Source of the DNA: Trueperaceae bacterium
Lineage (GTDB): Bacteria > Deinococcota > Deinococci > Deinococcales > Trueperaceae
Assembly: GCA_034520945.1 (NCBI GenBank)
Contig: JAXHNB010000001.1
Coordinates: 96,001 to 160,000 of the forward strand
Direction of reading: 5' to 3'
DNA: 64,000 nt
The notes under the pieces: generated by a model
Seen by the model: the letters and a program-made list of their open reading frames with translations, nothing else
What the model was told of the DNA's origin: nothing
The model's database searches: none
Position numbers and translations under genes: made by a program
Shown here: positions 10,005 to 17,982 of the stretch, piece after piece
How positions within the stretch are numbered: the stretch's first letter is position 1
Layout: the number at the start of each line of letters is the position of its first letter

Positions 10005-10808
10005 GTGACCGAGTTCGGACGCTTTGCCGCCCGCGTGGCGGTCGCCCTCGGGCTCATTGCGGGGATCGTCGGCGCCGCCATGGCGCAGGACGATCCCCAC
10101 CCGGGGCAGGCGGTGTTCGAGCAGCACTGCACCACCTGCCACCAGTCCGACGGCCAGGGAATACCCCCTACCTTTCCGGCGCTGGCGGGGAACGACTTCG
10201 TCACAAGCGAGCCCGCCGCGGTCGTGCGCAAGCCGCTGGAGGGGCCGGGCGCGATGCCGTCATTCGCGGGCACGCTCACCGACCAGCAGATCGCCGACGT
10301 GCTCAGTTACGTACGGTCGACGTGGGGCAACGACGCACCGCCGGTGAGCGCCGAGCTGGTCGCCGAGGTGCGGGCCGAAATCGGGGCGGACCCGGCGCCC
10401 GCGGCCGAGGACGACGCGTCCGACGGCGACTCGGACAAAGAGGCATTCGCGTGGCAGGAACTCGGCGCCGACGTCTTCGCCAGAAACTGCGCAGCATGCC
10501 ACCAGGCGGACGGCGGCGGCATCGAGGGCATCTACCCCGCCCTCGCGGGCAACCCGTTCGTCCAGTCCGGCGCCGAGGACGTCGCGCGCGTGCCGCTGAA
10601 CGGCCGCGCGGGCATGCCCTCTTTCGGTGGCGAGCTCTCGAACGAGGAGCTCGCTGCGGTGGTGTCGTACATCCGCAATAGCTGGGATAACGAGGCTTCG
10701 GTGGTAACGCCGAATCAGGTCGCGCAGCTGCGAAGCGGTGCGGACGGCGACGAAGAGGAGGAGGAAGAGCCGCGCGATCCCCGGGAACGGCCGGGCGCTG
10801 CGAACTGA
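10005..10808 (+). CDS. Diheme cytochrome c with signal peptide
   Basis: CTTCH and CAACH, each followed by P-A-L and MPSF; GTG start 1 nt after the oxidase stop. Confidence 0.9.
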   Translation: MTEFGRFAARVAVALGLIAGIVGAAMAQDDPHPGQAVFEQHCTTCHQSDGQGIPPTFPALAGNDFVTSEPAAVVRKPLEGPGAMPSFAGTLTDQQIADVLSYVRSTWGNDAPPVSAELVAEVRAEIGADPAPAAEDDASDGDSDKEAFAWQELGADVFARNCAACHQADGGGIEGIYPALAGNPFVQSGAEDVARVPLNGRAGMPSFGGELSNEELAAVVSYIRNSWDNEASVVTPNQVAQLRSGADGDEEEEEEPRDPRERPGAAN

Positions 10809-11121
10809 ACACGGTGGGCCCGCGGTGCCTGGACGGGGCTGCAGCCGACCGGTTGCGGCCCCGCCATGTTGTCGCGGCCTCGCCCCCGCAGGTGGTTGCC
10901 GTGCCACACGGGCTTGCAATAGTTCTCACGAGGCAGGGGGCGCGAGCTCGTGCGCATCGCGAAGCATCGCGTCTAGCAGCGCGCAAAATTCGTTGTGGAC
11001 GCGCCTTGTGCCGCCTGGCCGGCGAGAGATCATCCAACCTTGTGTAAGTGGACACTACAGACCTACCGGGCTGGCATGCTAATGTGAAACCAAGTCTCGG
11101 AGAAGTTGGGAGGTGAAGACT

Positions 11122-11193
11122 ATGTGGACCAAGCCCACGTTCAAGGAGATCTCTACCTGTGCGGAGATCACTGCTTACGCGTACGTCAAGTGA
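11122..11193 (+). CDS. pqqA: PQQ precursor peptide PqqA, copy 1 (MWTKPTFKEISTCAEITAYAYVK)
   Basis: Absent from the ORF track. SD GGAGGTG; MWTKP start and E-x-x-x-Y core; upstream of pqqBCDE. Confidence 0.93.
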   Translation: MWTKPTFKEISTCAEITAYAYVK

Positions 11194-11263
11194 TTGACCG
11201 CGCCGTCCGGTGAGGCGGCATTAGTGTGACACCAAGTCTCGGAGAGAAGGGAGGTGAACCACA

Positions 11264-11335
11264 ATGTGGACGAAGCCTACGTTCAAGGAAATTTCCACCT
11301 GCGCCGAAATTACGGCGTACGCCTACATGAAGTAA
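11264..11335 (+). CDS. pqqA: PQQ precursor peptide PqqA, copy 2 (MWTKPTFKEISTCAEITAYAYMK)
   Basis: Absent from the ORF track. SD GGAGGTG; tandem paralog 142 bp downstream of copy 1. Confidence 0.93.
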   Translation: MWTKPTFKEISTCAEITAYAYMK

Positions 11336-11376
11336 GGCGGTTACTCATCACGCGTGAGAACCGCGTACAAACCTCA

Positions 11377-11410
11377 GGGGTCGAGCCACGGGTTCGGCCC
11401 CGGGTCTTTT
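11377..11410 (+). terminator. Stem-loop / probable leaky terminator between pqqA2 and pqqB
   Basis: GGGGTCGAGCC-ACG-GGTTCGGCCCC followed by GGGTCTTTT. A second hairpin (GCGGTT.CTCA...TGAGAACCGC) lies at 11337-11364. Confidence 0.6.
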
Positions 11411-11464
11411 GGCGCGCCGCCGCCTCCCAGCGCTGCGCACGCCCACCGCAGAGGAGCCTAGACC

Positions 11465-12367
11465 ATTCACGTCCGCATCCTCGGAACCGCCGCCGGCGGC
11501 GGGCTCCCCCAATGGAACTGCCGCTGCCGCTACTGCGAAGCGACCCGCCGCGGCCTGCTCGCGCCGCGCCTGCAGGCCTCGCTGGCGTTCTCGCCCGGCG
11601 GCGAGGATTGGTACCTGGTCAACGCCACCCCCGACGTGACCACCCAGATGCTGCACGCCGCGTCGCTGTACCCCCAGGAAGGCATCCGGCACACGCCGCT
11701 CCAGGGCGTGTTGCTGACCGACGCGGAGTTGGACCACACGCTCGGGCTGCTGCACTTGCGTGAAGGAGCACGCTGGTCGCTGCACGCGACACGGGGGATG
11801 CTGGACTGCATGGCGCGCGGCTTCGACGTGGTGCCTTCGCTCAGGCGCTATGCCGACATCGACGTGCAGGAGGTCCCCCTGGACGCGCCCCGCACGTTCC
11901 GCGAAGGGGACGAAGCGATCCGTGTGCGCTGGCTGGAAACGGACCGCGACCCGCCCCTGTACACCGGCGCCAACGACGAAGTCGGCGGCGCGGGCTGCGC
12001 ACTGGTCCTCGAGGACGAAGGCGATGGCGGCAAACTCGTGTACGCGCCGGGCGTGGCGTTCGTGTCGGACGCGTTGCGCGCCGCGTGCGAGGACGCGGAT
12101 GCGGTGCTGTTCGACGGCACCTTCTGGACCGGCGACGAGATGCAGCACGTGACCGGCGGTACGCGCGATGCACGCGCCATGGGCCATTTGGCCATCGACG
12201 GGCCCGACGGCTCGGCCGCGTTCCTGGCCGAGCTGCCCGCGGCCACCAAGCGCTACGTCCACATCAACAACACCAACCCGGTGCTCGATGCGAGCTCCTG
12301 GCAGCGCGCGCGCCTGCGCCAGCAGGGCCTCGACGTGGCCGAGGACGGGGAGGAGCTGATCCTGTGA
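11465..12367 (+). CDS. pqqB: PQQ biosynthesis protein PqqB (apparent ATT start)
   Basis: In frame with ORF 11636: (M)HVRILGTAAGGGLPQWNCRCRYC...NATPD...LTDAELDHTLGLLHLRE...FDGTFW...MGHL...HINNTNP. SD GAGGAG 8 nt before ATT; in-frame TAG at 11459. Confidence 0.9.
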   Translation: MHVRILGTAAGGGLPQWNCRCRYCEATRRGLLAPRLQASLAFSPGGEDWYLVNATPDVTTQMLHAASLYPQEGIRHTPLQGVLLTDAELDHTLGLLHLREGARWSLHATRGMLDCMARGFDVVPSLRRYADIDVQEVPLDAPRTFREGDEAIRVRWLETDRDPPLYTGANDEVGGAGCALVLEDEGDGGKLVYAPGVAFVSDALRAACEDADAVLFDGTFWTGDEMQHVTGGTRDARAMGHLAIDGPDGSAAFLAELPAATKRYVHINNTNPVLDASSWQRARLRQQGLDVAEDGEELIL

Positions 12368-13068
12368 CGGACACACCCACGAAGGGCGGCCTCGAGGCGC
12401 GCCTGCACGACGTGCTGGAGCGGCGCTACCACCACCTGCACCCGTTCAACCAGGCGATGCACGCCGGCAGGCTCACACCGGAGCAGCTGCGCCAATGGGT
12501 TGCGAACCGTTTCTACTACCAGCAGAACATCCCCGTCAAGGACGCGCTGCTGCTGTCCAAGCTACCGACCGAGTACCGGCGCGAGTGGATCGGCCGCATC
12601 CACACCCACGACGGGCGCAGCGCCGAGGAGGGCGGCCTCGAGACGTGGCTACGCCTGGCCGAGGCGACCGGCCTGGACCGGAAGCCGGTGCTCGACAATT
12701 CCATGGTCTTCCCCGGCGTCCGCTTCGCCGTGGACGCCTACGTGGGCTTCGTGCGGGACCAGCCGTGGCTGGACGGCGTCGCCTCTTCGCTGACCGAACT
12801 GTTCGCGCCACGCATCATGAAGACCCGCACCGGCGCGTTCCTGGAGCACTACGACTGGATCGAGTCGGACGGCCTGCAGTACTTCCGGGACCGGCAAACG
12901 CAGGCGCCGCGCGAGGCGGAGCAGGCGCTCGCGATCGTCCAGCGGCACGCCACCACGCCCGAGCTGCAGGAGCGCATGGTGGCCGCGCTGCACTTCAAGT
13001 GCGACGTGCTGTGGGCGCTGCTGGACGCGCTGGACTACAACGTGCCCGGCAGTGATGTGCTGTCATGA
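12364..13068 (+). CDS. pqqC: PQQ synthase PqqC
   Basis: RYHHLHPF, WVANRFYYQQNIPVKDA, RFAVDAYV, SSLTELFAP, FKCDVLWALLDAL; GTG overlaps the pqqB stop. Confidence 0.95.
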   Translation: MTDTPTKGGLEARLHDVLERRYHHLHPFNQAMHAGRLTPEQLRQWVANRFYYQQNIPVKDALLLSKLPTEYRREWIGRIHTHDGRSAEEGGLETWLRLAEATGLDRKPVLDNSMVFPGVRFAVDAYVGFVRDQPWLDGVASSLTELFAPRIMKTRTGAFLEHYDWIESDGLQYFRDRQTQAPREAEQALAIVQRHATTPELQERMVAALHFKCDVLWALLDALDYNVPGSDVLS

Positions 13069-13343
13069 CCCACGTGCCCGAACGCCCTCGCATGGCGCGG
13101 CGCGCCCGCATGCGCTACGACGACACGCGGGAGAGCCACGTCCTGCTGCTGCCCGAACGCGTGGTGATGCTCAGCGAGAGCGGCGCCGAGATCCTCGGCC
13201 TGTGCGACGGGGAGAGGACGAAGGACGACATCGTCCAGGAGCTTAAGCGACGTTACCCCGACGCCGACCTCGAAGGTGACGTGCAGGAGTTCCTGAAGGA
13301 GGCGTTGGAGAGACAATGGTTGGAACCGCCCCCCAAGACGTGA
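13065..13343 (+). CDS. pqqD: PqqA-binding chaperone PqqD
   Basis: VLLLPERVVMLSESGAEILGLCDG; position between pqqC and pqqE. Confidence 0.93.
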   Translation: MTHVPERPRMARRARMRYDDTRESHVLLLPERVVMLSESGAEILGLCDGERTKDDIVQELKRRYPDADLEGDVQEFLKEALERQWLEPPPKT

Positions 13344-14452
13344 AGCCCGCGAGCGGCGTCAAGGCGCCGTTCAGCCTGATGGTCGAGCTGACGCACCGCT
13401 GCCCGTTGCACTGCGTCTACTGCTCGAACCCGCTGCAGATGGACCAGGTCGAGAACGAGCTCTCCACCGAGGCGTGGCTGAGCGTGATCGACCAGGCCGC
13501 CGACATGGGGGTGCTGCAACTGCACTTTTCCGGCGGAGAGCCCATCATGCGGCGCGACTTCCTGACGTTGCTGGAACGCGCGAACGAGCGCGAGCTGTTC
13601 ACCAACCTGATCACCAGCGGCATCGGCGTGACCGACGCGATGCTGGAGCGGCTGGTGGAGTTGAACCTCGGCTCGTTCCAGCTCAGCTTCCAGGGAAGCG
13701 ACGAGGCGATGGTGCAGGAGGTCGCCGGTGGACCGTTCTGGAAGAAGAAGATGGAGATCGGCCGCAAGGTCCGCGACGCCGACCTGTCCCTGTCGATCAA
13801 CACCGTGCTGCACCGCAAGAACCTGCACCAGGTGGGCGACCTGATCGAGCTGTCCGCCGAGCTGGGTGCGGAACGCCTGGAGCTGGCCAACACGCAGTAC
13901 GCCGGGTGGGCGCTGTTGAACCGCGATCAGCTGCTGCCGACCCGCGCCCAGTTGGAGCAGGCGTCGGCCGAGGTCGAGGCCAAGCGGGAACGCTACGGCG
14001 ACCGGATGGAGATCATCTGGGTGGTGCCCGACTACTTCGACGACTTCCCCAAACCCTGCATGGGTGGGTGGGGCGATTCGCTGTTCAGCCTGTCGCCCGA
14101 CGGCACCATCATGCCGTGCCTCTCCGCACGCGTGATCCCCGGCTTGGAGCTCCCCAACGCGCGTCAGCACGACCTGCGTTGGGCCTGGTACGAGTCGCCG
14201 GCGTTCAACGCCTTCCGCGGTCACGACTGGATGCAGGAGCCGTGCAGCAGTTGCCCCATGCGCTTCCAGGATCACGGCGGCTGCCGCTGCCAGGCGATGA
14301 TGATGACTGGCGACCCGAATGCCACCGACCCCGCCTGCATCTACTCGCCGCATCGACACGAGATCGACGAGGCCCGGGCGAAGGCCGAAGCGCAGGAGGC
14401 GCCGGCCGGCGAGGCGCAGTACCGCCGCCTCGAGGGTCCGGCGGGTGACTGA
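13340..14452 (+). CDS. pqqE: Radical SAM/SPASM protein PqqE
   Basis: ELTHRCPLHCVYCSNP, ELANTQYAGWA, PKPCMGGWG, GGCRCQA. Start may be GTG 13340 or ATG 13316. Confidence 0.95.
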   Translation: MKPASGVKAPFSLMVELTHRCPLHCVYCSNPLQMDQVENELSTEAWLSVIDQAADMGVLQLHFSGGEPIMRRDFLTLLERANERELFTNLITSGIGVTDAMLERLVELNLGSFQLSFQGSDEAMVQEVAGGPFWKKKMEIGRKVRDADLSLSINTVLHRKNLHQVGDLIELSAELGAERLELANTQYAGWALLNRDQLLPTRAQLEQASAEVEAKRERYGDRMEIIWVVPDYFDDFPKPCMGGWGDSLFSLSPDGTIMPCLSARVIPGLELPNARQHDLRWAWYESPAFNAFRGHDWMQEPCSSCPMRFQDHGGCRCQAMMMTGDPNATDPACIYSPHRHEIDEARAKAEAQEAPAGEAQYRRLEGPAGD

Positions 14453-15546
14453 GCCTGCGCCGGGTCGCTCCGGCGCGACGAGCGAGGAGCCCGATTCGGC
14501 GGGCGCGCAGGTCCTGATCGACGGGCACCTGGACCTCGCCTTCAACGCGATCACCAAAGGCCGCGACCTGACGCTGCCGCTGGACGAGCTGCGGCGGCGC
14601 GAAGGGCTCAGAGCCGCGAAGGAGGCGATGGTCACCCTCCCCGAGCTGCGCATTGGCGGGAGGGATGGACGTCGTGGTCGCCACGATCTTCGTGCTGCCC
14701 AGCCGGCATGCGGACCGGCCCGGCCCGAAAACCGCCGACGACGACGCCGAGGCCGGGGCGCTGGCCTGGGAGCAACTGGAACTGTACGAGCGCTGGGAGG
14801 AGGAGGGCTGGCTCCGCCTCCTGCGGAGCCGGAAGGACCTCGACACGCACCTTGCGCGCCCGCGCGCCGAGCGCCTGCCCGGCGCGGTCGTCCTGATGGA
14901 GGGCGCGGCGCCCATGCGCGACCCCGCGGACGTGGCGTACTGGTTCGCGCGCGGCGTCCGCGCGCTCGGCCTCGCCTGGAAGCGCACGCGCTACGCCGGC
15001 GGGACGGGCGAACCCGGCGGACTCTCGGCGGAGGGCGAGGAGCTGATCGACGCCATGACGCATCACGGCGTGGCCCTGGACGTCAGCCACCTGGCGGAGG
15101 AGGCGTTCTGGCAGGCGATCGAGCGGCATCGTGGGCCCGCGCTGGCCAGTCACAGCAACGCGCGGGCGTTGGTGGACACCGACCGGCAGCTCTCCGACGC
15201 GATGCTCAAGGCCATCGGCGCACGCGACGGGGTCGTCGGCCTGGTCCTGGCGGACAAGTTCCTGCGCGCGGGCGGAAACCGCGCCCTCGGTCCGGGCGAA
15301 GCGCCGGTCTCCCTGGACGACGTGGCGCGCCAGGCGCAGCACCTGGCGGGGCGCGTCGGCTGGCCTCGTCTGGGCGTGGGCAGCGACTTCGACGGCGGCT
15401 TCGGGCGCCAGGAGACGCCGGTCGAGCTCGACCGGGGCGCGGACTTCACGCGCCTCGGCGATGCCGTGCCGGCCGAGCACCGCGAGGGCTTCCTGGGCGG
15501 GAACTGGGCGCGCTTCCTGCGGCGCGCGCTGCCCGCCGCGCGCTGA
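14445..15546 (+). CDS. Membrane (renal-type, M19) dipeptidase, frameshifted near 14652
   Basis: IDGHLDLAFN...VTLPEL in one frame; AGGMDVVVATIF...MEGA...DVSHL...SHSN...GSDFDG in the next. Could be a pseudogene or a sequencing error. Confidence 0.8.
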
Positions 15547-15654
15547 CCCCGCGACCGCGAATTGGGCCCGCCCGCACGCGTGCTGGACTCGCCGCCAACG
15601 CCGCCGCGGCGGGGCCTTCGTCGGCCCCGAGCCCGCCCGGCCCAGGAGGTACGC

Positions 15655-16972
15655 ATGAGCGCGATGGAGACCCGCAGCCGCATGGCGGAGCTACGCGAAC
15701 GCCAGAAGCAGGCACTGTTCCCGATCCAGTCGAAGATGCTGCTCTACGGCGAGAAGCCCCTTGCCGTCGACCGCGCCGAGGGATCGACCGTGTGGGACGT
15801 CGAGGGCAACGAGTACCTCGACTTCTTCGGAGGCATCCTCATGGTGAGCGTGGGGCACGCCAACCCCGAGGTCGTCGAGGCCACGCATCAGCAACTCCAA
15901 CGCGTCCAGCACACCAGCGCGCTGTTCATCAACGAGAAGACCATCGAGGCCGCCGAGCGCATCGCGGAGGTCACGCCCGGGCGGCTGCGCAGCTGCTTCT
16001 TCACCAACTCCGGCAGCGAGGCCGATGAGACGGCCGTGATGGTCGCCCGCATGTACACCGGCAACACGGACGTGATCGCGCTGCGCCACGCCTACTCGGG
16101 ACGCACGGGCACCGCGATGAGCCTCACCGCGCAGAGCAATTGGCGCCTGGGCGGCGTCTTCGACGGCTCCATCAAGCACGTCCGCAACCCGTACCACTAC
16201 CGCGCGCCCCTTGATCTGGACGAGGACGAGTTCCTGGAGCTGTGCGCCCAGGACCTCGAGGAGACGATCGCGACCTGCACCAACGGCCGTATCGCCGCGT
16301 TCATGGCGGAGCCGATCCAGGGCGTGGGCGGCTTCGTGGTGGCGCCCCAGAAGTACTTCAAGCGCATCGAGCCGATCGTCAAGGACGCCGGCGGCCTTAT
16401 GATCATCGACGAGGTGCAGACCGGCTGGGGCCGGACCGGCACCCACTGGTGCGGCATCGAGCACTGGGGCATCGAGCCGGACGTGATGACCTTCGCGAAG
16501 GGCATCGCCAACGGCTTCCCCGTCGGTTGCACCATCACCACGCCCGAGGTCGCCGCTGCCGTCGACGGGCCCTCGCTGTCGACCTTCGGTGGCAACCCCG
16601 TGGCGATGGCCGCGACGCTGGCGACGCTCGACGTGATCGAGAAGAACGACCTGCCCGGCAACGCCGCCCGGCAGGGCGCGCGCCTCCGCGAGCGGCTCGA
16701 CGGCTTGCAGGCGCGCTACCCGTTCATCGGGGAGGTGCGCAGCATGGGCCTCATGCAGGGGCTGGAGCTCGTCGTGCCGGACAGCAGCAAGACGCCCGCA
16801 TCCCGCGCGCACGCAGGCGCTCACCGTCGCCGCGCGCAAGCACGGCCTGATCATCGGAAAGGGCGGGCTGTACGGCAACGTCATCCGCATGGCGCCGATG
16901 CTCAACAGCGACGCCGACGAGATCGACCGCGGCGTGGGCCTGCTGGAGGCGGCCCTCGGCGACGTGGCGTGA
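15655..16972 (+). CDS. Class III aminotransferase, copy 2, with a +1 frameshift near 16799
   Basis: SD AGGAGG; close paralog of 5000-6370. Removing one C at CCCGCATCCC restores KTPDPART...KGGLYGNVIRMAPMLN up to TGA 16970-16972. Confidence 0.85.
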
Positions 16973-17075
16973 TCCCCGCGCGTCCTCCTCGCGACGGGCG
17001 CGCTGGATACCGTACCCGACGCACGCGTCAGGATTCTGTGACGAACGCGTAAGTACGCCGTTGCGCGCCCTTCCG

Positions 17076-17090
17076 TAGGCTCCGACCATG
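17076..17090 (+). promoter_or_regulatory. Probable leaderless promoter -10 (TAGGCT) and original ATG (17088-17090) of GGDEF-EAL copy 2
   Basis: TAGGCT-CCGACC-ATG mirrors TAGCGT-ACAGCC-ATG of the paralog. Confidence 0.6.
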
Positions 17091-17982
17091 GTGCGTCGTG
17101 ACGAAGCTACGTTGTCTTCCCGGTTGGGGAGTGCGCTTGCTTCTTGCTGCACGTCTCTTGCGGGTGTGAGTCCCGTCCCGGTAGGTGTCGGAGCGCCGGG
17201 TAGCAGGCCCCAGGTGTTTGGGGGAGACCCCTTCGCCCGAGCGGGGTGTCGAAAGCCTGTGAGGCGACTTCGGTCGTTGAGTGGGGAGCAAGCGCGCGGG
17301 CCGCAACATGAAGTGAATCCTGCAGCCTCGTTAGAGTCACAATCCGGAAGCCGAGCCGCTCATGTCACGGTGAAGGCCACGTCTGGCACGCTTGTTCCGA
17401 AGCGCGTGTTGGGTTCCGGCGGGGTACGGGGAGCAGCACGCGTGCATAGAGGGGTGTGGAACTCGAGAGGCCCGTCTCGGTTGCCGTTGCCGCGGCAAGG
17501 CGTTTCGTATAAGTCAAGGACGAAGTCGAGCGCTGCCGAGCGGGAGTCCGAGGGGACCGTAGTACTGTTGTCTGCCTTGTGTGGGTGGGCGCGATGGTCG
17601 TGTGGCAGAACGCGGCTGGAGGGAAGGGTCCCTGCGGTGGTTGGTGTCGTTGATGTGGGTAAGCGCGAGGGCATGGCCGGCTGGACCGGTTCTAACTACC
17701 CCCTGGGGCTCTGGTCTCATGGTGAAAGCGCGAGATCTGCGGAGGCGACTGTGGGTTGGGGCCAACTGGCCGTTCCAGGCGTGCGTTCATGCTGTTGTGC
17801 CAACTTCTTGGGGTGGCGCCCTGGGGAGGGTGTGAAGGCGTGTTTCTGGGCGGGTTGGGTAAAGCCTCGACTTGAGCGGCCACCGGAAAGCCGTGTGCGG
17901 GAAATCCGCACGCACGGTTTGAACGGGGGTCTTGACTACCATGCCCGCCGTAAGGCGCGGAAGGAGTAAGGATCTACCAATG
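17091..17982 (+). ncRNA. Group II intron lacking an intact RT ORF, inserted immediately after a start codon
   Basis: 5' GTGCG at 17091; domain V AAAGCCGTGTGCGGGAAATCCGCACGCACGGTTT (17887-17920, AGC triad); domain VI with bulged A17976; domain III AGTA/GAA motif; J2/3 CGA 17549-17551; decayed IEP N-terminus at 17673-17800. Confidence 0.9.

Noticed and set aside
8270..10279. Long antisense or alternate-frame ORFs (also 4673-6241, 6652-8760, 30500-32347, 50744-52546, 52588-54759, 60816-63140)
   Set aside because: Shadow ORFs of well-supported genes in high-GC DNA, with no recognisable motifs.
11083..11335. 142-bp tandem repeat as a CRISPR array or sRNA repeat
   Set aside because: Only two units, each encoding PqqA. 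No spacer structure and no cas genes in the window.
11254..11763. 169-aa ORF spanning pqqA2 and the start of pqqB
   Set aside because: It overlaps two genes with clear family motifs in other frames, and its GTG is part of the pqqA2 SD.
17088..17969. 293-aa ORF as an intron-encoded reverse transcriptase
   Set aside because: It has no RT motifs (no YADD) and is a translation of ribozyme sequence. Kept only as a possible translational-coupling feature.
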